A stretch of DNA of 64,000 nt, taken from assembly GCA_023213395.1 (NCBI GenBank), contig CM041465.1, forward strand, positions 88,729,741 to 88,793,740. Reading direction: 5' to 3'. This document shows positions 52,530 through 64,000 of this stretch, in pieces. Numbering within the stretch: position 1 is the first letter of the stretch; every line of letters starts with the position of its first letter. A program made the translations under genes and the position numbers. Below the pieces are notes generated by a model that was not told the origin of the DNA, did no database searches, and saw only the letters and a list, made by a program, of their open reading frames with translations. This stretch comes from Cycas panzhihuaensis (taxonomy: Eukaryota; Plantae; Cycadophyta).

Positions 52530-53598
52530 TAGAAAAGGTATAGGTGGAAGGTTATGTCTTCTCGAAAGGGCATTATATCACATATAATTATGTGAATACC
52601 ATTGTATCAAAACACCATTTATTTTTATAATCAATTATTTAGTCTTTAGCCCTTTGACACTTCGGTGTACTTGCTGGTGCTCATGCATTCTTCCCTCGAT
52701 TGTGCTTCCATCATTAAGTTATGAACCTTAGGTTCATAACAAGAGGTATCAAAGCAAAAGATCCTCACCTCTATGTCTGGTTAAGTCAAAGGATCAGTGA
52801 AATATATATAGCATATGGTAAAATACGTATATACATACATACACACACACACACATATATAAGTGAAAATTTTCATTGTCTCAGTATTCAAAGGATATTA
52901 TGATATTACAATTTGCGTCTAAGATGTCATTATAATCGCCCAACACAACATCGTATTTAATCTCAACATCTTGTGTTAATTATAATCCACTATATTACTT
53001 CCTAGCTCGCCATTATTTCATATCCAATGTCCGCAATCTTGCCTGATTATGCCATTCGTATCCTAGTGATACTATCTATAGTTTGCTTGGAGTGTATTGT
53101 CACTATAGATATAATCTGTGATAGATACCTCTAACTTTGCACCACTCGCCATTTGGATTGTAATGTTGCTACAGATATAATCTACCATCACTCTCACATG
53201 CTTGCCACCTAGATTGTGCACCTTCACCCTCGTATTTTTGTTGCCCTAGAGTGTATTGTTGTCGTAGAAATATTAACTGCTACACGAGCAAGTCAAGGTG
53301 CATTGTCGTCATGATATTTAACCTATCACATCCACATTTGCTTATCGTTGGGGCATTAACTTACAAGGCAAAACATATTTACAATGTTATAAAATATGTA
53401 AATGTTGCAATTGCCTTTACACCCACAAAGAGTCATCTCATTAACATTTCTATCTTAGCGCAACACGCCAAGGCCGAGGGTGTTTGCCACCTTATCGCCT
53501 CACCATTGCTTATACCCCAATGATTGCATTGTATTATGACGCACGCCCTATCATATCACCCACACACACAAACACAAAAAATAATGTTATATAGAATG

Positions 53599-53647
53599 GT
53601 GTGTGTGTGTGTGTGTGTGTGTATCTAGATAGATAGATAGATAGATA
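53599..53647. repeat. Microsatellite (GT)n plus (AGAT)n
   Basis: Seen directly. Confidence 0.9.
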
Positions 53648-55385
53648 TTAATATTATAGTATACCGTATTATATTAACATTATAGTACGATGTATGGCAA
53701 GACTATGCATTAATACAACGTATTAATATATATATATTTCATTGGATTCTTAATAAACATGCAAGTGAGGCCAAATAGTGGTGTAGTCAATTTTTTTAAT
53801 AGGCAAAAAAGGCCAAACAAGTGCATTATATAAGATTTGGCATATGATCAGTTGTCAAGATATAAAGGAGTTTTAGCTATTTTCAACCCTTTATTGAATT
53901 CTTTATACTGTTGTGCACTCTAGCAACAATAACATCCTATGAGAATCTCAGAGCATAATTCATATCACTGGGACACCAGTAAGAATCAAGATGTCCCTTG
54001 GTACCTAAGTAAATATTTTGATGACGTCAAAATAAGAGCCATAAACAAAATAGCAAACAACTCAAATTTTGTTGTGAAACCTTTAGAGAAAACTTGAATG
54101 CAATGAATATCTCAAATTAGAAGAGTTTTGGAAGAATTATAATGGATGATTTGATTATTTTAAGAGGCGAGTTGACTTCTTTCATTACATATATTATGAA
54201 CTTAAATCTCCATTATATACATCAGCAAATAATTATGAGATAAGTATGCTCGATAAAGAATTACCTTTGGTAATGTCCAACCCGTAAGTTTTGTGAGAGT
54301 GCTACATTCAAGAGTTGGTATGAAAGAGTTTTCGAGAATATTTAGCATTAAAATGGAACTCGTCATATTACAAGTATGTGATAGCCTTCAAGATGAAAAT
54401 GGAGAAACTTGAGTATGCACATACAATAAATGAAAAATGGTTGTATTATATGACATATACAATATCATTTTAAAAACATTTTCTTTTGAAAAGCTCCTAA
54501 AAGTTAGATAAACAATTCCTCCTGGTCATATGAAATCATTTCATAATGAATTAACATAAAAGAAGCAAGCAAGTCTCCTTGTAGAAATAAATGGTTAGTA
54601 AAGCCAAGATTAACTCCACAAGATAAATATCGTGACCAAATGCAAAATGAAGTTCTAGGCAGTGTGCATCACAAAATAAGTTGAAGCTTCTAGCTATTAT
54701 TCAGATATATCAGGAATATTATATAATGAACCTATTAAGCATGAAGCAAGAGATATCAACCTCAAGTTTGGAAATAGAGTGGCCTAACTCCTGATATAAA
54801 GAATAATACTGTAACATTGCAAGCAAAACTCTAAAAGATAACATTAGTGGAATCAATGTATAGGATAATAAGAATCAAATAGTTACAACGTATATACCAA
54901 AGAACTCCCTAGTATTAGCAATAATAGTTTGTCTCCTAAAGAATCCGAGAAGATCCCAAGCATTGTTATAGAATCCTATATATTTTAAAACAATATTAGT
55001 TTATATCAACACCCATGATGACTTTTCAAATACCTACATTCAATAATCTCGCGAATAACGACTATTCAAAATGTAGCATATATTGATAGTCTGAAATTCG
55101 CATTGAGTGGAAGATTTTTGGCAGCAATCTTCAATCCGTAGATGAGTATATGAAAATTCAACACTCTCACAGTCGGCATCTACCAAAGAATTTCAACTAG
55201 CCTACAACAACATCAACTTATTCAAGTTTGCCCTTGTATTTGTATTTGTTATTGTTTAAAGTTAAAATAGTCACGACTTGACAACATATAGCAGATGACT
55301 ATGGCATCTTCTTAACAACAAGAAACAACATCAAGCCGTCATTTTTAACATGCCTCAAGGGCGAAGCATTTCAATAAGGGGGTGT

Positions 55386-55597
55386 TGTTACAGACCTAAT
55401 TACAATTAACTATTCCTTTCAAAATGACACTATGTTGCATTTAAATATCCAAATACCATTGCATCAAAACATTATTCATTTTTATAATCAATTATTTGGT
55501 TTTTAACCTTTTGACACTTCAGTGTACTTGCTGGTGCTTGTGTGTTCTTCCCTCATTTGTGTTCCCGTCATCAAGTTATAAACTTAGGTTCATAACA
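55386..55597 (+). repeat. 3' LTR of G7
   Basis: tgttacagacctaattacaattaa...aggttcataaca, matching 31970-31993 and ~52594-52741. Confidence 0.85.
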
Positions 55598-56019
55598 TTC
55601 ACCTTCTCCATTTAAGAGATCTACACATAGCTCCATAATTGGCAGCATATGTGATCCTCTTATGTGCAGATCATGCGATTTTAAGAATTCAAGATATGCT
55701 GTAGAATTTATATGCCTCCTAAAACATACAAAATCAAGATAGCAAATATTAGGCCATGATGGGCATTTTACTAAACAAACACTATACTGCCATTATGTCA
55801 GAGAAAACAGCTTTGGAAACAAGTAGGGTACAAGTTGGAATAGAACTTTGAGCTGGACCATCTGCAGTGTTTGGCTGTCTGAATGGGCTGCAAGACATAA
55901 CCAGTCAGAAACACAAAACAAAAGCATTAAACTGTTTCTGTCAATGACAAAAGGCCAACAACTTCAACCACACATGAAACATCCCACAACTGTGATTGCC
56001 ATTTTGGGGTGGTTTTTAA

Positions 56020-56250
56020 TCTGTATTGGAAGTTTTCAAAATCAGCTTTGGCTTTTGCAGGCTGCTTTGGCTAGTTTTTATTCTGTCTTAACTTTCTTGT
56101 AATTGGATTTCTTGTCTTCAGAGAAGTGCTCCTTTGCATCTGTATTGGAGATTTTCAAAATCAGTTTTGGCTTTTGTAAGCTGCTTTGGCTGGTTTCTCT
56201 TCTGTCTTAACTTTCATGTAGCCGGATCTCCTGTTAAAGAAGAGCTCCTC
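56020..56250. repeat. ~120-bp tandem duplication (2 copies)
   Basis: tctgtattgg..ttttcaaaatcag..gctgctttggct..tctgtcttaactttc at ~56020 and ~56140. Confidence 0.85.
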
Positions 56251-57249
56251 TGCTGCTTTGCTTTTTTCTTTGAGATGTCCTTCCTTTGGCAGCTATCTGT
56301 GACTGCAACTTGACTCATATGATTAGCTGGCAAGATGGACACTTTTCTTTGGAGCTTACAGCTTTGAAGTTCTCTTTGGAGTGAGTGTGTTTGACCCTAA
56401 ACCTTAGTATAAGTGATGCTTTTGTTGCCAATATGTAAATAGTAAATGGTTGATGCAGAAGACAAATTAATTCATAGTACAGGCCAGAGAAATGCCTTAA
56501 TTTTGATGGAAAACGCTGTGAGAACAACTAACTTTCAAGCCAGGAAATCAGCAAGAAAAATGAGAAAGAGCAAAACCTGGACCACGGGCCCCACCTGCCC
56601 TAGCTTATTATGATGAAATCAGCCAAGTTGGGTCAGCCATACAAGCATTAATGTGGCAGATTTACAAATATAAAAAGAAATTTTGAGCTAAATTCTACAT
56701 CATCATCTAATTAGAGAGCTGAGAACATCAATTTGGTTGTGCACTAAGGGCATGCATTTCAGTCAGAAGCAAGCACAACAGCGAAAATAGCAGCAGGATT
56801 GTACAGATAATACACATAGCCATATTGACTGTACAGATAACCATACAGAGGATACACACTGGTTGTCAAGCAGCAGGAAGCAGACTGCCCACAGAGCAAG
56901 CTACTGTACAACCAATCAAGAGTCATACTTCTGCAATTTCCTTGAATTTTGTAGCAGCATACGACGTGATTTCAGAGGCACAGCTGCTACATGATTCCTT
57001 TTTAATTTCTGTTCTGTGCCATGTACTTTTTTTAGGAATTACTGGCAGAAATCAACAACTTTAATTCCTACAAGTTATTTTTACACCGCCCTAACTGTAC
57101 TGAAGTTTGTGTTATAACATTTACTTGCAACCCAATATCACTATTGCATCTTGTAATATAAAACCTTAAATTTGGACATCCACTAATGGTTCTAAGACTT
57201 CAAATTTAGACAATGTCTTTCTAGTCCATTGTCTTACATTCCTAGCACT

Positions 57250-58600
57250 AGTCACTTGTTCATGTAGATCACCCAGTTCCTTCCAACTAGGCAATTGTAC
57301 CATTTGAGCAGTTGCCAATGCAACCAATATCAACACTTCCTAGGTTTTTTAAATATCTCCCACTTCAACACAAAAACCTTTCAAAATTGGGAGTAATAAA
57401 ATTTCATCCTCAGATCAACATGGATACTATGCTTGTATTGTTTTTCTGAACATTTTTTAAATAAGATTCATCAGTCCCCAGGTCAAGATACTTATTAAAT
57501 TCTCCTCTGAATTTCCTTTGCATCATCCTTAGATGTGCTCTAGATTTATAATTGTTCTAACCTCCGACTGTGCCTTTCCATGTGACCCAATTTGTCTCTA
57601 GTTGTCATGGTGATCCAAAACTACATCTAGATCATGGGGATGACCAAGAAACTTTCACTGCTATCATATGGTGCATGACCTTGCCTTTTCCTTTGGTTTT
57701 CTGTAGCATCATCAGGCAGACTGTTGTTTCAAGATCACCAGGTTCACATAAAGTACAGACTACAATGCCAAGTTGATTGAACAGATAATTCCTTTGCATA
57801 TGTCCCCAATTTCGCCACTTATGGCATTGTATGCCCTTCACCAATTCAGGGCCTATGATGGACCTTTATCTATTTTATCCTTCTCGAGTTCCATGCTTGG
57901 CTTTTAAATTAAAACTAGAGTCGCGTGTATCATGCGGCATTGTATTACTTATATAACAGTAATGACCTGATATTCTCAGATGACTGACTTCTACAAATAT
58001 TCTAGGATCATTTTTCTGTCAAGTGCCCATATGGCTCGTGAATATGACAAAACAATTATCTTTTAGAAGTCAATTTATATTATCATATTCCTGATTGACT
58101 TCCTTGCAATGATGCATATGTCTGATTATAAATACTTCTTGATATCAGAATGGTACCTATGATTCTATGCTCGTAGAAGACATTGCACCTTGCAATGGCC
58201 ATGAACTCAATAGCCCATGCACCAAACATTGTCTCTTAGTAGTTGTTCTTTAACTGGTACGTTAAACTTTTATAGAGCCTGAATCAATTGGTCTACAACA
58301 TGCAGCAAAGTTTGAATCGATGAATCAGCATTGCAGCCATCTCACCTTCTAATTCAATTGCAAAATTGACTTTTTCATCAACAATTTTGGATTCTATTAT
58401 CGAATTGCAATTCTTATTGTTTGAGAAATCCCATTTACAAAATAATTGTTGCATTGTTTCTCATCCAATTGATATGTACTTTGAACAAACACTCCAAACA
58501 TCACAAGGCAAAAGCTTGGAAGGTTTCTCCTGCTTGTATCTGCAGATTCCTTAATTCCATGAAGGTTGATTACCTTAACTTCTAATGGCCAAATGCTTTG
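57250..58600 (-). pseudogene. Highly degenerate Gypsy gag remnant (double knuckle similar to elements A and B)
   Basis: IQCHKWRNWGHMQRNY...VCTLCEPGDLETTVC in ORF 57632..57844. Confidence 0.5.
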
Positions 58601-58620
58601 TTACATTCATCCTAAGTTTT

Positions 58621-60200
58621 TGTAGCAGTGCCCATTTACATATAGTAGAAACGGTAATATTCACAATAGAAGATCTTCAAAATAATAATAATTCAGCATG
58701 CATACATTATATCACAGCAGATTTCTAGCATAAACATAATGAAATCACCCACAGAATAATATCATGAAGTGCAACAGTAATACGACAGAATTATAATAAA
58801 CTAATAATATCTTACAGCAGTATCTTCCCTCTTCAAGGTGAGGTGTCCTCCAAGTTCGCAGAGCAGTGCCTAATGGCCATAAGCCATCACTTTCAACCAA
58901 TACTAAATTCACTAAGATGATTTACACATGAATGAGGCTCATCTATTTATGCCTTCTTTTTCTTTCTAAGACCATCTATTATTCTATCACTTAATATGAC
59001 TTCATAATAATAATAATTTAGGGATGCAATGACTATCCCTCTTGAAAATACCGACTTCCTCATGAATTTGGAATGCTACAATTCCCCTGCTTTAAAATAC
59101 TTCACCCTCGAAGTATAGGTAGTCTCATGTGGGGTTGCTTGGTCCTGCTTGGCGAAATTTCCAATGCTTCCACTACCTGCCAAGTTTTGGATGTCATAAA
59201 AATTGGGTTTTTTCTTGCACCTTATGCTGGAGACAGTGGAACTTGAACCTATAGGTGCTTGTATCTAGGCTTTATTGCCTGTTGTATTCTGTCTTGTACA
59301 AAAATGATCCTGGGACCTATGTGGTGCCTTTGATGCTTGTACTTGTTTGGCATGGCTCATGGGCTGAGCAGTGATTAGAATACTAAGAAATTTTGTGTGA
59401 AAGGTTATGATGTTGTTTTGGTGTTCAAGAGAAGAATTGATCAAAAGGATCATGGATTGATGATTGCTTAGCATAAAAGAGTGTGGGAGAAGTGAGGTTC
59501 TAAGGGATGATCAGCCATAGATTTTAAGTTGTAGAAAATAAGGATAAAAGGTTATGATGTAAGAAGCATACGAGGTTTGGAAGTTTATTCGAATAGGGTA
59601 GGGCTTAGAAAGGTGTTTGTTAGACCACTAGAATTTTCTGTGGAAAAAACAGATGTGGGATCGATGATAGACGCTCTTTATGGGATAAAGATTTTAATAG
59701 GCATTCAAACGGGATAAAACTATATGAAGAATTTAATGGAAAAAATAGTCTTGGTAGTATAGAATTGTGGGAGTTCGTGATAGATGAGTTTTGTAAGGAA
59801 TGATCATAGTACTAAGAGATGAAATCTGATGAAGTGAGGATTGAAGGTTTAAAATATCTTGTTGAGAACGGTCTATAGGGGTGAAGGACTATGTAAAGGG
59901 AAATTGAGTTTTGTCCTACAAGATACTAGACTTAAGAGGGTTAGGGTTTTGGCCAGCTATAGGATTGGAAAAAGAGGATTTCTTTGAGAGTGGAAAAGAG
60001 AGGACAAATGAAACTACTAAACAAAATGTTCATATGCAGAACAAGATTAAGAACTATGTCAAGTACCTTGTGGATTTCATTTGATTGCATGGACTCTTCC
60101 TTGGTCTACATCCATCTTCAATCTTGTTGTGTTGTTACTCTGTATTGATTCTCCTTGATGCTCCTCGGTGCTTTTCAGCTTCCTTTATCAGCGGTGAGTT
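58621..60200 (-). mobile_element. Gypsy-like non-autonomous element G9 (3' LTR 58621-59080 plus internal region), an older relative of G8; 5' end not identified
   Basis: TGTAGCA...TGCTACA termini, PPT rc at 59081-59090, and 59081-60150 is an inverted homologue of ~61980-63005. Confidence 0.65.
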
Positions 60201-60400
60201 CTTCTCAAGTGACTAAATCACGCTTCGTCATTTGATCAGTGTCTTACGTTGACTTCTCTCACCACCCGTATGAGAATACACTTGTCAAGGGATCACTAAT
60301 CGATAGTCTAGTTAGGGCTTGGTCAACATAGTCATGTTATCACTCTTCATACTGACATCATAACATCAAGTCATCATCATATATCATCACCATGCCATCA

Positions 60401-60402
<2 letters not shown>

Positions 60403-60489
<87 letters not shown>
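60403..60489. repeat. Compound microsatellite (CT)n(TA)n
   Basis: Seen directly. Confidence 0.95.
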
Positions 60490-60492
<3 letters not shown>

Positions 60493-60548
60493 ACAACTCA
60501 ATAGTCATCATGCACAAGATACACAATATTTCCATGTAACTTGTTATT

Positions 60549-61177
60549 TGTAGCATTCCAAAATATGGTCAAAACTATATCATATGACCATTCAAATCAA
60601 AGGTCTTTGAGCAGTATTCCAACAGTTTAGAAGGAAGTTAATTCCGACATTTGTATCAAAAGTTATGACCGTTTAAAGTTTTCAACCTGCCAGTCTTTGG
60701 AGAAGTTTTGGCTAACTTTTATTTGAGTAGTATTAAGGAGAATATAACTCAGTTTTGCCAACTTATATTTGAGCAATATTAAGGAGGATATCACCTAGTT
60801 GGCCAACTTCTATTCTTAGTATTTTGATCACTATAAATAGGAAGTTTGGGCTGCACCCCAACCCATCATTCAAAGATTCCTTTGGCTGTATATTTTCAGC
60901 TTTGGGGCTGCAATTAACTCGCCCATTTGGGCGTTGTAGTTTGGAGGGCTCCTCGCCTCGAAGAGGAAGCTCACTTCTTTAGGAAAGACGATATTTTAAT
61001 GTAATTTCACTCTATTTTTGGTATTATTTGATAGTAAAGATTATTATTTATACGTGGATTCTATAATTCTTGTTCCTGCTCATTTTCTATTGAAAAGCAT
61101 CTAGTTATTGCCTTTCTGTGGATTATTATCTGTATTTTTGAGGAAAACTATTATAAAAGTAGAACTAGATCGCTACA
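60549..61177 (+). repeat. 5' LTR of G8 (629 bp)
   Basis: TGTAGC...GCTACA, direct repeat of 63006-63544. Confidence 0.92.
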
Positions 61178-61249
61178 AGTGGTATCAGAGCTTTGTTTCG
61201 AAGGGAAAGGGCAAAGGTAAAAGCTCAAAAAGGTCGATTCAATATTAAA

Positions 61250-61410
61250 ACACATTCTAAGGAAATCTATGCTGGTTTCTGGTTTTCTTTGATGATATCC
61301 TGATCTATCGCAAAACATGGGAAGAACACTTGGAACATATAAAGGCAGTTTTGCTCATTCTTGAGAAAGCGCAATTCTTCGCAAATAAGAAAAAGTGCTC
61401 TTTCACAAAG
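61250..61410 (+). pseudogene. Gypsy RT fragment within G8
   Basis: FLVFFDDILIYRKTWEEHLEHIKAVLLILEKAQFFANKKKCSF. Confidence 0.85.
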
Positions 61411-63005
61411 GAGACATTCGTAGCAAGTGGTCATATATGATGGTTTTGACTAGCAGAGAATATAGATTTTTATCATTGAAGTCAAAATCTTTATTGACAA
61501 AGAGATAGTTGAGAATGATTTTTGACCGAAAAGATGTTTGACCTTTTGAGCCCAACAAAGGCATCAATCCAAGAGAATGGGTAGAATGGGTTGAAGCTCA
61601 AAATCAATTCACAGAGAATACAAAAATTGATGATTATTGAGCGGACTTAGAATTGTTCTTGGGAGAAAAAGCTTCTCACTAGTTCAATAATTGGTCCAAC
61701 CAATCAATAAGATAGACCGATTGGTTTTGGTTTTAATGTGCATTTATCAAAATATTTGGACAACAACAAAAAGATCATCAAACCCACAAGCAAAGAGAGG
61801 GTACCAAAGCATCAAAGCAATAGGACAAGAGGGCAAAAGTAAAACAAGAAGGACAAGAAGCAAAGATTTTGCAAGAGCTAAAACAAGAACCAATCTAGAG
61901 GGAACAACATGACTACATAGAAGACTCGAAGCAAGCTCGAGCGATGTAAGAATCTCAAGTCAATATCGAGAAGAAATCCAAAGTGAAGTTACACAGAGGC
62001 AGCACAAAGACAAGGAAGAACAAGTCGATTTTGAAGAAGAATCACAAAAACTTCATGCAAGGTACTCATTGATCTTGTGTTGCACATGCCCATCTCTTTT
62101 GGTAGAATTATTTGTCCTCTCTCTTTTCCTCACTCGAGTCGTAGCAAAATTTTCTTTTCCAAATCCATAGTTAGCCATAATCATAATCTCCTTAACTCTA
62201 GTTTTCTCGTAGGCCAAATCCCAATCCCTCTTTGTAACCCTAGTTCATCCCTTTACTTACATACTTTTTCACCCCCTATAGATCATCCTAAACAGGATAC
62301 TCTACAACTTCAATCTGTTCGTCATATTTCATCTCTTAGTATTACCCCTTACAAAACCCCATTCGTCTTTTCCCAAACCCCTTCAATTTCATATCAACAA
62401 TATTGTTTCTCTCCGTTAAATCTTTTCTTTTGTCTGAATACCATTCCTAAAACCCATTAAAGTCTTTTTTTCATAAAGAACATCTATTGTTGATTCCCCA
62501 TCCATCCTTCTCTCCCAAAAAGTGTTGTGGTCTAACAAAACCTGCACAAATTTTCATCCCCATCCATGGCATATTCCAAAATTTATCCTTTCTTCCTATA
62601 CCTTCAAATTCACAATTCCTCCTTTTCTTTCTCTTTTCACAATAAGCAATTGCCAATCCATGACCCTTACAATCAATTCTTTTTACAAAATCCTCACTTC
62701 TCCTTCCATTAACCATTTCATTTGAAAACAAAATGTGCAAACACAAGGCAAGACAGAGACAAGACAAATGAGACACATCATAGGTCCCAAGATCCTTCTG
62801 ATGTAGAACAAGATACAGCATGTACCTGGCCACAGAAACAAACATCGACAAATTCAAAACACATGCTAGCAAAGCTCCATAGAAGACGCAAGATCAAACC
62901 AAATCTTCATGACCCATGGGATCTAGCACGAGGTGGTTGGAAGATTAGACCGAGCTACAAGCATTTCTCAATACTTGAGGCAAAATATTATTATAGGGAG
63001 GGAAT

Positions 63006-63544
63006 TGTAGTATTCCAAAATATGGTCAAAACTATATTATGTGACCATTCGAATCAAAGGTCTTTAAACAAGGATTCCAATGGTTCGATGAAAGTAAATT
63101 CGACATTTGTATCAAAATTATGACTGTTTAAAGTTTTTAGCTCGCTAATTTTGGAGAAGTTAAGCCGACTTCTATTCTTAGTATTTTTATCATTATAAAT
63201 AGGAAGTTTGGGCCGCACCCCAACCCATCATTCGGAGATTCCTTTGGCTATATATTTTCGATTCAGGGGCTACAATTAGCTCGCCCATTTAGGGGCTGCG
63301 TTTGGAGGGTTCCTCGCCTCGAAGAGAGAAGCTCACTTCTTCAGGAAAGACTGGTATTTTGATGTAATTTCACTCTATTTTTGGTATTATTTGATAGTAA
63401 AGATTATTATTTACTTCAGTGGATACTATAATTCCTGTTCCTTGTTCATTTTTCTATTGAAAAGCATCTAGTTATTGCCTTTCTGTGGATTATTTTCTAT
63501 ATTTTTAAGGAAAAATGTTCTAAAAGTAGAAGTAGATCGCTACA
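63006..63544 (+). repeat. 3' LTR of G8 (539 bp)
   Basis: Follows the PPT and lacks ~90 bp of sub-repeats present in the 5' LTR. Confidence 0.92.
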
Positions 63545-64000
63545 TTATTTCATTAAGCAATGTCACTGTCAATGTCTATACATCATTAAGAAGGAGCGAT
63601 TGAGATACATTCCATATGAAACTATATCATTGAATACAAGAATTTAGCTCACACACTAGAGCAAATGATGTATGATCAATTGACTTGGCTCTTAACCTAA
63701 AGCACATGCCACAGGAATGAATAACTCGGCTCTCACACCAAAATGGTGGAACATGCCCCAATGAACACCAAATTACATGCCTTAGAGGAATGGTTATGAC
63801 TTATGTTCACAGCCATTCCTTTTCATGACAAAGTGACTCTTCACTTAATTTCTCATAACAATTAATTAATTACCATACATTCCGTGCATGCGACCATACG
63901 TACATATTCCCATGGATGATGTCATCATGTCTAGAACGTATGGCTCAATTCGAGTGTGTGTTCCATGCGTTTCCTTCTATGTGTTTCGCATGTGTTCTTG

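Larger units (their letters stand above)
31970..55597 (+). mobile_element. Old non-autonomous Gypsy-like element G7 (host of the nest); own sequence 31970-32013 plus 52535-55597
   Basis: TSD TTCAC at 31965-31969 and 55598-55602. The 5' LTR is split by C3 (31970-32013 + 52535-52741). PBS-like agaggtatcaaagc 52742-52755, PPT ending at 55385, 3' LTR 55386-55597. Confidence 0.8.
60549..63544 (+). mobile_element. Non-autonomous Gypsy (chromovirus-like ends) element G8, 3.0 kb
   Basis: TSD TTATT at 60544-60548 and 63545-63549. LTRs 60549-61177 and 63006-63544, PBS tggtatcagagc 61180-61191, PPT agggagggaat before 63006. Confidence 0.92.
24864..64000 (-). other. Giant intron of the response regulator (>39 kb, donor outside the window)
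   Basis: Acceptor at 24864. No upstream GARP or receiver exon was recognised up to the window end, and the interval is filled with LTR elements. Confidence 0.7.

Noticed and set aside
59020-59065. Second PPT-like tract and LTR-start-like motif inside the G9 LTR
   Set aside because: The simpler reading of one LTR at 58621-59080 with 7-bp terminal inverted repeats explains the region, and a compound LTR cannot be shown without other copies
1-64000. CRISPR arrays, rRNA/tRNA genes, prokaryotic operons
   Set aside because: None seen. The tRNA-complementary stretches are retrotransposon PBSs, and the short tandem repeats lack unique spacers.

Overview
Eukaryotic plant nuclear DNA, AT-rich and dominated by LTR retrotransposons. 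The very large intron and the element types suggest a large-genome seed plant such as a gymnosperm, but that is inference. The only host gene visible is the 3' part of a type-B cytokinin response regulator (ARR1/ARR2-like) on the minus strand. Its last two coding exons are 24863-23350 (carrying an apparent 1-bp frameshift) and 22971-22894. The intron upstream of them runs from 24864 beyond the window end (>39 kb). That intron holds an RT-less Copia (C2), a four-level nest of five elements (Gypsy G7 > Copia C3 > Copia C4 > C5 and C6) delimited by LTRs, PBS, PPT and mostly target-site duplications, and two related non-autonomous Gypsy elements in opposite orientation (G9, G8). Downstream of the gene (1-16888) are two Athila/OTA-type Gypsy elements (A, B) joined through one chimeric LTR, with a deleted Copia (C1) nested in B. 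The most notable observations are an 11-14 bp inverted repeat flanking the PPT/3'LTR junction in five Copia elements with matched changes in both arms, a pol-less Copia-derived element keeping a ~650-codon Gag-N-terminal fusion ORF of unknown function, a post-insertion duplication inside the nest, and the frameshift in the response regulator. All identities quoted are by-eye estimates, and no database searches were run.
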